DNA from: Roseateles sp.
Lineage (GTDB): Bacteria > Pseudomonadota > Gammaproteobacteria > Burkholderiales > Burkholderiaceae_C
Assembly (NCBI GenBank): GCA_018780415.1
Contig: JADMJQ010000084.1
Coordinates: 1-52,721 of the forward strand
Length of the DNA stretch: 52,721 nt
Direction: 5' to 3'
The notes beneath the pieces are model-generated. The model was given only the letters and a program-made list of their open reading frames with translations. It had not been told where the DNA came from and did no database searches. Below are positions 1 through 9,899 of this stretch, in pieces. Both the position numbers and the translations under genes were made by a program. Within the stretch, counting starts at the first letter, position 1, and every line of letters begins with the position of its first letter.

Positions 1-33
1 AAGGCAACAACCGCGCAAACCGAAAGGGATTCC

Positions 34-2481
34 ATGTACCGTCACTCAAAGAATTGGCCGCTGCTGCCGCTTGTTCTGGCCCTCGCTGCCTGTGGTGGGG
101 GCGGCGATGACGCAGCGCCCGAGCCGGTCAAGCCGGCGGCCATCACGCTGAACCTGGCCGCCGATGAGGCCACGCTCCCCTGGAACAAGGCCGCCAGCCT
201 GAAGGTGCTGGCCAATGACAGCGCCAGTCGCGGCAGCCTCAGCTTGGCCGAGCTCAGCACGCCGGCGCATGGCACGGCCAAGATCAGCGGCAGCGAGATC
301 GAGTACACGCCGACGGCCGGCTATGTCGGCGCCGACAGTTTCAGCTACACCGCCCAGGCCGAAGATGGCAGCAAAGCAAGCATCGCCGTCAATCTGAAGA
401 TCAATGCCGCGCTGCTGCTCAAGGGCGTGGTCAGCGACGGCCCCATCGCCAACGCGGTGGTCACCGCCACCGTCGGCAGCAAGACCTTCAGCGCCAGCGC
501 CGACGCACAAGGCGCCTATTCGCTGCCGGTGCAGACCGACAGCCTGAGCGATGCCGTTCAGCTCAGCGCCAGCGGCGTCGGCACGCAAAGCATGGTGAAA
601 CTTCAAAGCCTGCTTGGTGACGTCGCCGCACTGGCCAAGCTCGCCGACAAGGAGGGCCTGCTGTCGTCGGCCCAGACCCAGGCCACGCAAGTGACGCATT
701 ACTCAACTGCCTTGGCGGCGCTGGTGCTGGAGAGCAACGGCAACCTGGCCCCAACCAGCCAGGCCAAGCTCGACGAGCTGAGCGTGGCGGTGTCGGGCGA
801 CCGGCTGATCGAGCTGGCCACCGCGATCAAGCTGGTGGTCGACAAGGGCGTGGCGCTGCCGACCGGCGTGGCCGATACCGCCGCGCTGGTGGGCAAGCCG
901 GCTACGGCCACGGTGCTGGCGGACTTCTTGAAGGCTCAGCAAGCGCTGCCCATCTATGCGGCCACGCGCGGCGAGGTGCTGGCCGGCGCGGGCCAATCCG
1001 GCGGGCCGGTGTTCGCCCCGAGCAGCGCGCAGACCCAGCTCTACTTCATCGCCGAAGTGGGGCGCAGCCATTTGCAGCGACTTGACTACCGCCCCGACGG
1101 CAGCGCCACGATGACCGACGGTCGCGGCACGCGCGAGGCGAAATGGCGGGCCTTGGCTGGCGAAATCGAAGTGACGCCGTTGGCGCCGATCAGCTCGCTC
1201 GCCCTGTCGGCCGAGGCAGACCCCGTCACCCATCTGCAGTGGGAGATTCGCTACGACACGCTGGCCTACCGCTTCAAGCAATTGGCCGCTGGGCAGGTGC
1301 TGGTCAGCAACCGCAGCCAGGAAGAAATCCTCAGCGGCAGCAACAAGGGCAAGATCACTGACCACGGTTGGAGCGAGGCTTTTGCGGCCAGCAGCCAAGA
1401 CCTGCGCAGCTTCAGGCCGGTCGTGGCGACGGAGTTCCCGGTCGGCGCGCGCTTCCCCGGCATCTTCGTCGAAGCCGCGTTGAAGGAAAGCAGCAACACC
1501 GCCGACATCATGGCGATCACCGGCAGCAACACGGCCAAGCTCGAAATCAGCGGCGCAACGCTGAGCTGGTCGATTGTGGACGGTCAGTTCGTGACCTTGA
1601 GTCCCAGCGGTGCCGAGCGTCGCTATCAGATGCTGCGCGAAAAGTTGGCCGGCAATCTGGTGATGCTGATGGCGACCGACTACAGCAAAGGACTGCCGCA
1701 ACGCGCCGTCACGGCGCTGGCCAGCCGAACCGAAACGCAAAAGGTCTTCACCACGGCCGACACCTGGCTCTACAAGCGTTGGGGCAGCGGCTCCAATCAA
1801 GCCGGCGGTATTGGATTCTTCCTGGAGTTCAGCGCCGGTGGCAGCGGCAACTCCATCAGCGTGAGCAATGGCGTCGAAAGCAAGTCGCCGCTGACCTGGG
1901 GCATCAACCCCGATGGCAGCCTGCGCATGCTGCGCAGCGGCGGCAGATTCATCCGCGAATGGAAGCTGGTGGCGCTTGAGGGCAGCACGCTGGTGGTGCT
2001 GGAGTACCAAGAGCTTGCCAGTGATGGCAGCATACAAATCCCACCACGTATCAACGTCTACAGCGACGGCGGCGGCGTCGCCACGCCAGTGGCCGCCAAC
2101 ACCCTGACCGTGAACGGCGGCGAGAGCTACCCGCTGCGGGTTTTCTTCACGCTCGACGCGGCCGGCCTGATCAGCGGCGGTGACTATGACTTCCACAAGC
2201 TCGACGGCACGATGACGCCCTGCGAGTACAGCCCCGCCAACCAGGCGACCTGCCACGGCACCTCGGCCAGTGTGTCCAAGTCCTCGCAAGGCGCGGCCAT
2301 CAACCGCAGCACCGGCACGGCGGCCGCCGCCAGCCTGGTGGTCGGTCCAGATGACTACGGCTACACCTTCACAGGCACCATCACCGGCCTGGACTGGGTC
2401 GGCACCTGGACCAAGGTGGCTACGCCTAACTCCAGCCTCGTTCAGTCGGGCAGCTTCGCGGTCAAGGTCGGCATTCGCTAG
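34..2481 (+). CDS. Large secreted lipoprotein with N-terminal cadherin/Ig-like (Big_9-type) domain and carboxypeptidase-regulatory-like domain
   Basis: 815-aa ORF; lipobox LAAC followed by GGGG; Ig/cadherin motif VLAND...PAHGT...YTPTAGYVGADSFSYT; GVVSDGPIANAVV...ADAQGAYSL. Confidence 0.75.
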   Translation: MYRHSKNWPLLPLVLALAACGGGGDDAAPEPVKPAAITLNLAADEATLPWNKAASLKVLANDSASRGSLSLAELSTPAHGTAKISGSEIEYTPTAGYVGADSFSYTAQAEDGSKASIAVNLKINAALLLKGVVSDGPIANAVVTATVGSKTFSASADAQGAYSLPVQTDSLSDAVQLSASGVGTQSMVKLQSLLGDVAALAKLADKEGLLSSAQTQATQVTHYSTALAALVLESNGNLAPTSQAKLDELSVAVSGDRLIELATAIKLVVDKGVALPTGVADTAALVGKPATATVLADFLKAQQALPIYAATRGEVLAGAGQSGGPVFAPSSAQTQLYFIAEVGRSHLQRLDYRPDGSATMTDGRGTREAKWRALAGEIEVTPLAPISSLALSAEADPVTHLQWEIRYDTLAYRFKQLAAGQVLVSNRSQEEILSGSNKGKITDHGWSEAFAASSQDLRSFRPVVATEFPVGARFPGIFVEAALKESSNTADIMAITGSNTAKLEISGATLSWSIVDGQFVTLSPSGAERRYQMLREKLAGNLVMLMATDYSKGLPQRAVTALASRTETQKVFTTADTWLYKRWGSGSNQAGGIGFFLEFSAGGSGNSISVSNGVESKSPLTWGINPDGSLRMLRSGGRFIREWKLVALEGSTLVVLEYQELASDGSIQIPPRINVYSDGGGVATPVAANTLTVNGGESYPLRVFFTLDAAGLISGGDYDFHKLDGTMTPCEYSPANQATCHGTSASVSKSSQGAAINRSTGTAAAASLVVGPDDYGYTFTGTITGLDWVGTWTKVATPNSSLVQSGSFAVKVGIR

Positions 2482-2508
2482 AAGACAAAGGGTCGATAAA
2501 CTCTCGCG

Positions 2509-3414
2509 ATGCTATCGACCCGTTTTGCCCCCCGCCTTGCCCTCTACCTGAACCTGATCCGCTGGGATCGCCCGGCCGGCTGGCTGCTCTTGCTGTGGCC
2601 CACCTTGAGCGCGCTGTGGATCGCCGCCGACGGCTTCCCCGGCTGGCATCTTTTGATCGTCTTCACGCTAGGCACCGTCTTGATGCGCTCGGCCGGCTGC
2701 TGCGTCAATGACGTCGCCGACCGTGACTTTGACAAGCATGTCAAACGCACCGCCAATCGCCCCGTCACCAGCGGCGCGGTCAGCGTCAAGGCGGCGCTGT
2801 TGCTGGGGGCCGGTCTTGCGCTGTTGGCCTTCGCGCTGGTGCTGACGACCAACGCACCGACGATTCTGTTGTCCTTCGCCGCGCTGCTGGTGGCGGTTCT
2901 CTACCCCTATGCCAAACGCGTGTTCGCAATGCCGCAGGCGGTGTTGGGCGTGGCCTTCAGCTTCGGCATTCCGATGGCGTTTTCGGCCGCCTTGGGTGGC
3001 ACGGCCTGGAGCTTGGCTGCCATCAACGCGGCCGTGCCGCTATCGGCCTGGGCGCTCCTGGTCGCCAATCTGTTCTGGGTCTTGGCCTACGACACCGAGT
3101 ACGCGATGGTCGATCGGGATGACGACATCCGCGTCGGCATCAAGACCTCGGCGCTGACGCTGGGGCGCTTTGACGTCACGGCGGTGATGGGCTTTTACGC
3201 CGTCTACCTGCTGGCCTGGACGGCGCTGGGCCTGCGCTTGGGTCTGGGGAAAATCTTCTTGCTCGGCATGGCGGTGGCGGCCGCTCAGGTCATCTGGCAT
3301 TACCGCCTGATTCGGGAGCGCACGCGCGAAGGCTGCTTCAAGGCCTTCCGTGAGAACCACTGGCTGGGTTTGGCGGTCTTCGTCGGCACCGCGCTGGATC
3401 TGGCTTTGCGCTGA
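2509..3414 (+). CDS. ubiA: 4-hydroxybenzoate octaprenyltransferase
   Basis: [35 protein letters not shown] and [13 protein letters not shown] motifs; multi-TM. Confidence 0.95.
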   Translation: MLSTRFAPRLALYLNLIRWDRPAGWLLLLWPTLSALWIAADGFPGWHLLIVFTLGTVLMRSAGCCVNDVADRDFDKHVKRTANRPVTSGAVSVKAALLLGAGLALLAFALVLTTNAPTILLSFAALLVAVLYPYAKRVFAMPQAVLGVAFSFGIPMAFSAALGGTAWSLAAINAAVPLSAWALLVANLFWVLAYDTEYAMVDRDDDIRVGIKTSALTLGRFDVTAVMGFYAVYLLAWTALGLRLGLGKIFLLGMAVAAAQVIWHYRLIRERTREGCFKAFRENHWLGLAVFVGTALDLALR

Positions 3415-3438
3415 AACTCAGCGATAGGACCGGCCGGG

Positions 3439-4455
3439 CTACTCGAACGGATAGCGCACGCCGAGCTGGCGGCGGATCTCGTCCATCCAGGCCAGGGTGG
3501 CGAGGGTTTCGGCATGCGGCATGACGGCGGATTCAATCTGACCGGCGCGCACACAGGCCTGCGCCGCCTCGATCTCGTACTCGAAGCCATTGCCACGAAA
3601 CGGCGCCATCACGCGTTGCTCGGGCTGCCCGGGTTGTGTCAGAACCGCCTCGGTGGCCTGCCAGAAGTCGACCGGCAGGCTGATCACACCGCGCTCGCCA
3701 AAGATGCGCAGGCCGTTGTCGGCATGGCCATCGACGGCGCAGATGAACTGCGCGCTGAGCCCGCCGTCAAAGTTCAAGGTCGCGGCCACGCGTTGATCGA
3801 CCCCGCTCGGGGCCAGCACGCCGCTGGCGTGAATTGACCGCGGCTGCGGGCAAGCGCCAAGGGCCTGCTGCAATATCCAGCGCGTCATCGTCAGGTTGTA
3901 GATGCCGATGTCCAGCAAGGCACCGCCGGCCAGCGCTGGGTCATAGACACGGCTGTGGGCGTCAAACGGCGCATTGAAGCAAAAGCTCGACTGGATGCCA
4001 CGCAATGGGCCGATTGCTTGCTCGCGCAGCCAAGCCTGCACAAGCGCATAGACCGGCAGGAAGCGGGTCCAGACCGCCTCCATCAGGAAGACCTTGCGCT
4101 CACGCGCGAGGCCGACCAAGACCTCGGCCTGCGCCAAATTGGGCACCAACGGCTTTTCGCACAGCACCGCCTTGCCGGCAAGCAAACATTGGCGCACCAA
4201 GTCACCATGTTGGGCATGCGGCGTGGCGATGTACACAGCGTCCAGCGCCGGTTCAGCCAGCAAGGCAGGCAGGCTCACGGCCACCTGCGCGGGCGCTTGA
4301 CCGGGCTGGCGGACTTGTTGCGCGAAAGCCGCTGCACGAGCGACGTCCCGCCACAAGACCCAGCCCAGCTGGGCGCCGGCCACATGTGGCAAGGCCGCAG
4401 CGAAACGCCGCGCGATACCACCGGGGCCGATCACGGCCCAGCAGAAGGGGCTCAC
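3439..4455 (-). CDS. Gfo/Idh/MocA family oxidoreductase
   Basis: WAVIGPGGIA Rossmann motif, VYIATPH, LCEKP, MEAVWTRFLP, GGALLDIGIY; GTG at 4455 preferred over TTG 4476 (start uncertain). Confidence 0.9.
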   Translation of the reverse strand: MSPFCWAVIGPGGIARRFAAALPHVAGAQLGWVLWRDVARAAAFAQQVRQPGQAPAQVAVSLPALLAEPALDAVYIATPHAQHGDLVRQCLLAGKAVLCEKPLVPNLAQAEVLVGLARERKVFLMEAVWTRFLPVYALVQAWLREQAIGPLRGIQSSFCFNAPFDAHSRVYDPALAGGALLDIGIYNLTMTRWILQQALGACPQPRSIHASGVLAPSGVDQRVAATLNFDGGLSAQFICAVDGHADNGLRIFGERGVISLPVDFWQATEAVLTQPGQPEQRVMAPFRGNGFEYEIEAAQACVRAGQIESAVMPHAETLATLAWMDEIRRQLGVRYPFE

Positions 4456-4482
4456 GAGTGCCCGTTCAACTAACAAAGCACT

Positions 4483-5019
4483 TCAAGCGCCCTTGAGCTG
4501 CGCCTTCAAGGCCTTGCCTTCGGCGCGCTTGACCCGGGTGGCGGCGCGCTGATAGACCTCTTCGGCCTTGACACGCAACTCCACCGCCTTGGCCAAGGCT
4601 GCCTGGTACTTCTCGATCGTGTAGGTGTTCTCGGTGCCGATATAGACACTGCGACCACTCGGCGTCTGGCCATAACGCGGCAAAGACACGGCAAAGCTGC
4701 AGTCGCGCACGCGGCTGCTGGCTCGTTGCCTCACGATCGGGCCCGAAATGCCAACCGGCAAGTCGTTGCCCTTGTTGCCGCTCGGTTTGCGCTGCAGCCT
4801 TGACGGGGCCGGCAGTTTGGCAATTCGACTCAGCAATTCCTTCGTCGCCAAGGCGAGTGCAGCGGCAGCGCCGCTTCCGTCTTGCGAGTGGTCGGAATAG
4901 AGTTTGGTGCCGCCATAACGCAATTGCCAACCATGTGTGCTCTGGTGGTCAATGCGCTGGATGCATTGAGGGACAGCGAACTGCTCCCCGCTAAAAATGA
5001 CAATATCACGTGTTTTCAT
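4483..5019 (-). CDS. Basic hypothetical protein, probable tandem AP2-like DNA-binding domains
   Basis: ATG 5019 preceded by GAGG; IQRID..THGWQLRY..KLYSD...AAAALALA and LPVGIS...RSVYIG...ALAKAVELR resemble bacterial AP2-type domains. Confidence 0.55.
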   Translation of the reverse strand: MKTRDIVIFSGEQFAVPQCIQRIDHQSTHGWQLRYGGTKLYSDHSQDGSGAAAALALATKELLSRIAKLPAPSRLQRKPSGNKGNDLPVGISGPIVRQRASSRVRDCSFAVSLPRYGQTPSGRSVYIGTENTYTIEKYQAALAKAVELRVKAEEVYQRAATRVKRAEGKALKAQLKGA

Positions 5020-5062
5020 GAGATTCCTCAAAACGGCTGATGAACCCCCCTAGTTTGTAATT

Positions 5063-5635
5063 CTACGGCCTATTCTTCTTTTTTGCGCAAGTCATAACGC
5101 GACTAATAACCGGTATATAGCGGCTTAGTTCGGGCGCGAACAGCTCCATCACACGTAACTGAGCACCGCAGCGGCTGAAAACCGAGTTGCGTGACCACAG
5201 CATTTGCGGCGATGGCGGTGTGCCCGTGGCCTTCAACCACTGCTTTTCCATTTGCCGCCGGGTGTGACCATAACGCGACAGACGCCGGGGCTGCAGCTCG
5301 CTGCGCTGCACCCGACGGTCGCTGTAGAGCAGGTCCGCAAGTGGTCTGGGGCCGAGGCCCTTCAAGGCCCGCCAGGGGCCGGCCAAGGCACTGGCATGCA
5401 GGCTGGAGCGGGCCCAGACCAGCGGTCGCCCGTCGACCCGCAGTATCACTTCACGCACCAGCGTGCAGCCGCGCCTGGGCGCGCCCAACGCCGCCAGCTC
5501 GCGGGCGCGCAGCGGCGCGATGCGCTGACTCAGTAGCTCAACCTCGAAGCGCTCGCCTAACTGCGCCAAACGACGGCTCAAGGACCCCGGCGCTCGCAGC
5601 CAGGCGCGCAGGCTGTTCCGACTCGCTATTCCCAT
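5063..5635 (-). CDS. ubiC: Chorismate--pyruvate lyase
   Basis: WLRAPGSLSRRL, REVILRVDGRPLVWARS, LGPRPLADLLY, RNSVF, VMELFAP. Confidence 0.88.
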   Translation of the reverse strand: MGIASRNSLRAWLRAPGSLSRRLAQLGERFEVELLSQRIAPLRARELAALGAPRRGCTLVREVILRVDGRPLVWARSSLHASALAGPWRALKGLGPRPLADLLYSDRRVQRSELQPRRLSRYGHTRRQMEKQWLKATGTPPSPQMLWSRNSVFSRCGAQLRVMELFAPELSRYIPVISRVMTCAKKKNRP

Positions 5636-5652
5636 AGTCCCAGGCTGGGCGT

Positions 5653-6468
5653 TCAGGCGCCGAACTCGTCACCCAGCTCGCGGGCGCGCGCTTGAGCGGC
5701 CAGTACCGCGCGCTGTATCGCCGCACCGACACCGTCGGCCTGCAAGCTGGACAGCGCCGCATGGGTGGTGCCGCCCTTGGACGTCACCCGCTCCCGCAGC
5801 AGGGCCGGGCTTTCGTCCGCCTGTTGTGCGAGTGCGGCGGCACCCGCGCAAGTCGCCAGCGCCAACTGGCGGCCTTGCTCGGCGCTCAGGCCCATTGCAA
5901 CGGCGGCCGCCATCATGGCCTCGACGAAGTAGAAAAAATAGGCCGGGCCGGAGCCGGACAAGGCGGTCACCGCGTCCAGATCACTTTCCCGCTCTACCCA
6001 CAGCATGGCGCCGGTTGGCGCCAGCACCCGCTCGACCAAGGCCTTGTCGGCGGCGCTGACCGCCGGGCTGGCGTACAGGCCGGCAATGCCCTGGCCGATC
6101 AGCGCCGGCGTGTTGGGCATGGCCCGCACCAGCCGGGTCGCACCGATGGCGCGCGCCAGCGTGTCGCTGCGGATGCCCGCCATCACCGACAACTGCAAGG
6201 CCTGCGCCACATAGGGCGCGCAGGGCGCGGCGGCCTCGGCAAAGAGTTGCGGCTTGACCGCCCACATCAGCAAGTCGGCCGTCTGCAGAGACGCATCGGC
6301 GCCCGCCAGCGCCGTGATGCCAAAGTCGGCCAACAACTTGGCCCGCTGGGGCGCAAAGGGCTCGACCACGATCAAGCACTCGCGCGGGTGCCCCGCCTTG
6401 AGCAGGCCGGCGATGATGGCGCTGGCCATATTGCCGCCGCCAATAAAACCAATCACGGAGCTGTTCAT
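5653..6468 (-). CDS. proC: Pyrroline-5-carboxylate reductase
   Basis: GFIGGGNMA, AVKPQ, RAMPNTP, TALSGSGPAY, VTSKGGTT. Confidence 0.97.
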   Translation of the reverse strand: MNSSVIGFIGGGNMASAIIAGLLKAGHPRECLIVVEPFAPQRAKLLADFGITALAGADASLQTADLLMWAVKPQLFAEAAAPCAPYVAQALQLSVMAGIRSDTLARAIGATRLVRAMPNTPALIGQGIAGLYASPAVSAADKALVERVLAPTGAMLWVERESDLDAVTALSGSGPAYFFYFVEAMMAAAVAMGLSAEQGRQLALATCAGAAALAQQADESPALLRERVTSKGGTTHAALSSLQADGVGAAIQRAVLAAQARARELGDEFGA

Positions 6469-6482
6469 GGGCTTGCCGCCCC

Positions 6483-6929
6483 TCAGTTGGAGCCGGCCGA
6501 CGCAGGCGCTTCAGGAACGCCGGGCAGGGCCGGCGCGCTGCGCACCACCACGCCGGGCGACAAGGAGATGTCATTCGCCACCGTCACCTTGGTGACGAAA
6601 TGCCGGGTCTCGCCGAAGCAGGTGGTCGGCAAGCCGACCTTCTCCTCGTAATGCAAGGTCACCCGCTTGCCCATCACCTCGGTCAATTCGGCGGCAATGG
6701 CGTCGTCTGCGGCGGTGAACTGAAACTTCTCCACCGTGGCGCTGCCGGGGATGGACACCAGGGCCAGCTCACCCTCCCAGGTCTTGCAAACCCAGCCCTT
6801 TTTGGACAGCTTCTGAATCCAGCCGGCGCGCTCGCCCGATGAGTAGCTCCAGTTCAAGGCGATATAGAAGTAGCCATAGGCCAGCAGGCCCAGCACCAGC
6901 AAGGCCAGCAAAATTCTCTTCAAGGTCAT
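6483..6929 (-). CDS. Conserved membrane-anchored hypothetical protein
   Basis: N-terminal TM; YSSGERAGWIQKLSKKGWVCKTWEGEL and VTLHYEE conserved-looking motifs. Confidence 0.75.
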   Translation of the reverse strand: MTLKRILLALLVLGLLAYGYFYIALNWSYSSGERAGWIQKLSKKGWVCKTWEGELALVSIPGSATVEKFQFTAADDAIAAELTEVMGKRVTLHYEEKVGLPTTCFGETRHFVTKVTVANDISLSPGVVVRSAPALPGVPEAPASAGSN

Positions 6930-6959
6930 GGGAGGGGCAGTCAGCGGAAATGCGGTTTC

Positions 6960-7556
6960 TCAGGGCGCCTTGGTGGCCGCGGGGGCAACGGCCGCAATGG
7001 GCGCGACCGGGAATTTTACAAAGGCCGCGGCCAACGCTCGGCTGATGGCGGTCTCGGCCTGCTCGGGGCTGAGGTGGGCCGCGACGGTGCCGGTGACCAC
7101 GCCCTCCCAAACCATCTGCTTGCGCGCGGCATCAACGACGTCGATATTGAGCGTGCCCTCGGTGTACTGCGAGACGCTGTTCATATCGCGGTAATAGGGC
7201 CAGGGAGCATAGAGCCCGCCGCGGTAGCCGTAATAGCCGATGCCGTAACTCGGCCCCGGCGAGACCCGCAGCTTTTCGCTCAAGCTGGCGTTGAAATTGA
7301 CCAGCAGCTGCGGCGCCGACGCGTCATAGCGCAGGCCACGGGCCTCCAACTCGCGCTGCGCCGAGGCCTTCAACTGGCCAGAGACCAAGGTCTGGTAGCC
7401 GCTGCGGTCGGTGCCCAAGGGGCTGACAAAGGCAAACGTGCGGTACTGGCTGAAGTCGACGCTGCGGTCCATCTCGACCTGCACCTGCGGTCCGCTGGCG
7501 CAACCGCTTAGACCGAGGGTGCCGACGGCGCCGATGGCAACGGTCAGGGCCAGCAA
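6960..7556 (-). CDS. DUF4136-family lipoprotein
   Basis: Lipobox LSGC; DFSQYRTFAF, YTEGTLNIDVVDAARKQMVWEG; true start possibly 7586 (see findings). Confidence 0.85.
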   Translation of the reverse strand: MLALTVAIGAVGTLGLSGCASGPQVQVEMDRSVDFSQYRTFAFVSPLGTDRSGYQTLVSGQLKASAQRELEARGLRYDASAPQLLVNFNASLSEKLRVSPGPSYGIGYYGYRGGLYAPWPYYRDMNSVSQYTEGTLNIDVVDAARKQMVWEGVVTGTVAAHLSPEQAETAISRALAAAFVKFPVAPIAAVAPAATKAP

Positions 7557-7648
7557 AGAATTGAGAAAATTCGTCTTAGGCTTAACGGCATCTCCGGTTG
7601 TGTCCTGGCCGGCTTCGATATTAACGCCAAGGGCCGTTTGCGCCCGCC

Positions 7649-9880
7649 TTAGAACGCCGGCCCCAGCACCAGATACAGGCTGGTGGCGCCATCCGCGGCC
7701 CGCCCCAGGCCGAAATAGAGCGGCCCGACGAAGGTGTCCATGCCGACAAAGGCGGCCACCGATTTGCGCCAGGTCTCCAAGTTCTCCGGCAGCAGCGGCT
7801 TGGAAACGCGGCCGATCTCAAACGACACGCCGCCATACAAACCTTCCAGCAACTTGCCCGGTGAAATACGGCGGTAGTACATCAGGCGACCGAAGGCCAG
7901 GTCTTCGCCCATCAGCTGGCCGGTCGCGTAACCGGACTGCCGCAGGAAGCCGCCCAGCTGGAATTTGTCATAGCCCGGTATGCGCTTATTGCCCAGGCCG
8001 CCGCCGGCCGCCAGCGCGACATTGAAGGTGTTCTCACCCAACGAGTACGCAAGGCTGACATCGAAATCCCATTTGGTGTAGCCGAATTCGGCACCCAGGT
8101 CGGTACTCGAGTTGTAGACATTGGCATGGCTCTGCCAGCCGGAGCGCGGGAACAGTACGCTGTCCAGCCGGTCCATGAACAAATGCGCCGCAAAGCCGGC
8201 AGTACGGATATGCGCGGAATTTGGCCCTACCACCCGGCCGGTATCCAGCTCTTGCTTGACCCGGCCGCCGACAAGCCCCAGCCTCAGCTGACCGTATTGA
8301 TAGAAGTTGCGGCCCAGGTCCAGCCTGGCCTGGCTCTCAAACAGCGAATAGATTGCCACCCTGGAGTCGCCCGCATACACCGACACCTGACGTTGCGAAA
8401 CCTCCAGCGCCGGGGCCACAAACCAGCTGTGGCCGGCGGCAAAAGGCTGATAGAACTCGCTGCGCAGCCGGCTGTTGCCGCCGACGCTCAGATCGGTGCG
8501 CCATTCGGCGCCGCGGGCATTGAGCCAGGTCGCCCGATACGAGGCCATCAGGCTGGCATGGGTCTCGCTGCCGAAATCGGTGTCCAGGCCCAGACCGAAG
8601 CGCAGATAGTTGGGACCCCAGGACTTCTCCACCGCGTCGATCGCCAGCACCCGGTGCTCGCCCTCGCTGAGGGTGCGGAAATTCACATGCTCGAAGTCAC
8701 CGGTGCCATAGAGGCGGCGCATATCGGCGTCGAGTTCGGCCTGATCGATGGGCTGCTTGACGGCCGTGACCATCACGTACTTGGCCTCCTCGGGGTTGAC
8801 CCGTTTCAGATTGACGAAACGGATCTCGTCCACCGGCGCCAAGTCGGGCGCGATCTTGGCCTGCTGCCTGGCACGCAGAGCGGCGTACTCTTCGGGTGAC
8901 ACCGAGTAACGACTTAGCTGCTCGGCCATTTGGCGGGCTGCCGTCTCTCCCAAGGGCGAAATCTTGGTCAGGTTATTGAAGTCGCCGGTCGAAAAATCAC
9001 CCAGGTCCGGCGAGATCAGTATGTCATCCGGCTTCAGCGATGCTATCGAGGCCTGCACATTCTGCTCGGTCAGGATGCTCAGCATCTGGCCGGCCACACC
9101 GAAGACGCTGTTCAGCTGATGGCGCTTCAGCAAGGGCGTGCCGACGTTGACGGCGATCACCACATCGGCACCGAGCGCGCGGGCGGCGGCCACCGGCAAA
9201 TTGCTGGTCAGCATGCCGTCGACCAGCAACATGCCGCCGATCTCGGCCGGCGCCACGGCGCCCGGCACCGACATGCTGGCCCGCATCACATTGGCCATAT
9301 CGCCCTCTTTGAACACCACGGCCTTGCCCGTCACCAGGTCGGTCGCGACCGCGCGGAACTGGATGGGCAGGGCGTCAAAGCTGTAATAGCCACGCACCTT
9401 GGACAGCTGGCGCAGCACCGTCTCCAGTTGCACGCCCGAGACCACCCCCTTGGTCAGCGTGGCCTCCTCCGAGCCCAGGCCGATCTCCGGGCCGACGAAG
9501 TTGATGTAGTCATCGGCCTTGCGGCGCATCATCAATTCCTGCCGCGGCGGCTTCTCCTTGAACAGCTTCTCGACCGTGATGCCGGCGTTGACCTTGTCAA
9601 TCTCATCTACGCTCATGCCGGTGGCGTAGGCGCCGCCCACCAGCGCACCCATGCTGGTGCCGGTGATGCAATGGATAGGCACGCGCAACTCCTCCAGCAC
9701 GCGCAGCACGCCGGTGTGCGCGGCGCCGCGCGCGCCGCCGCCCGACAGCACCAGACAGACCTTGGGGCGCTTGACCGTCTGCGCCGTGGCCGCATGCTCC
9801 GCCGGCTCGGAGGCCTGAGCCGCATGCGCCAGCAGCAGCCCGGCGGCAACAGCGAGAGGGAGGCGCAAGGCTGGCTTCAT
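7649..9880 (-). CDS. Patatin-like phospholipase fused to POTRA and Omp85-like beta-barrel (PlpD/type Vd-like)
   Basis: Signal peptide; LSGGGARGAAH, GTSMG nucleophile, DG motif; POTRA-like segment; barrel ending in F (LYLVLGPAF); ATG 9880 has well spaced AGGAG. Confidence 0.88.
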   Translation of the reverse strand: MKPALRLPLAVAAGLLLAHAAQASEPAEHAATAQTVKRPKVCLVLSGGGARGAAHTGVLRVLEELRVPIHCITGTSMGALVGGAYATGMSVDEIDKVNAGITVEKLFKEKPPRQELMMRRKADDYINFVGPEIGLGSEEATLTKGVVSGVQLETVLRQLSKVRGYYSFDALPIQFRAVATDLVTGKAVVFKEGDMANVMRASMSVPGAVAPAEIGGMLLVDGMLTSNLPVAAARALGADVVIAVNVGTPLLKRHQLNSVFGVAGQMLSILTEQNVQASIASLKPDDILISPDLGDFSTGDFNNLTKISPLGETAARQMAEQLSRYSVSPEEYAALRARQQAKIAPDLAPVDEIRFVNLKRVNPEEAKYVMVTAVKQPIDQAELDADMRRLYGTGDFEHVNFRTLSEGEHRVLAIDAVEKSWGPNYLRFGLGLDTDFGSETHASLMASYRATWLNARGAEWRTDLSVGGNSRLRSEFYQPFAAGHSWFVAPALEVSQRQVSVYAGDSRVAIYSLFESQARLDLGRNFYQYGQLRLGLVGGRVKQELDTGRVVGPNSAHIRTAGFAAHLFMDRLDSVLFPRSGWQSHANVYNSSTDLGAEFGYTKWDFDVSLAYSLGENTFNVALAAGGGLGNKRIPGYDKFQLGGFLRQSGYATGQLMGEDLAFGRLMYYRRISPGKLLEGLYGGVSFEIGRVSKPLLPENLETWRKSVAAFVGMDTFVGPLYFGLGRAADGATSLYLVLGPAF

Positions 9881-9899
9881 GCTGGGCATAGCTCCTGTT

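Noticed and set aside
703-2289. Long antisense or alternate-frame ORFs (e.g. 703-2289, 13561-14961, 28841-30100, 40057-41103, 50506-51837)
   Set aside because: Shadows of well-supported genes in high-GC DNA; no recognisable motifs.
6483-6929. Enzyme label sometimes attached to this family (6-phosphogluconate dehydrogenase)
   Set aside because: No Rossmann or catalytic motif; too short.
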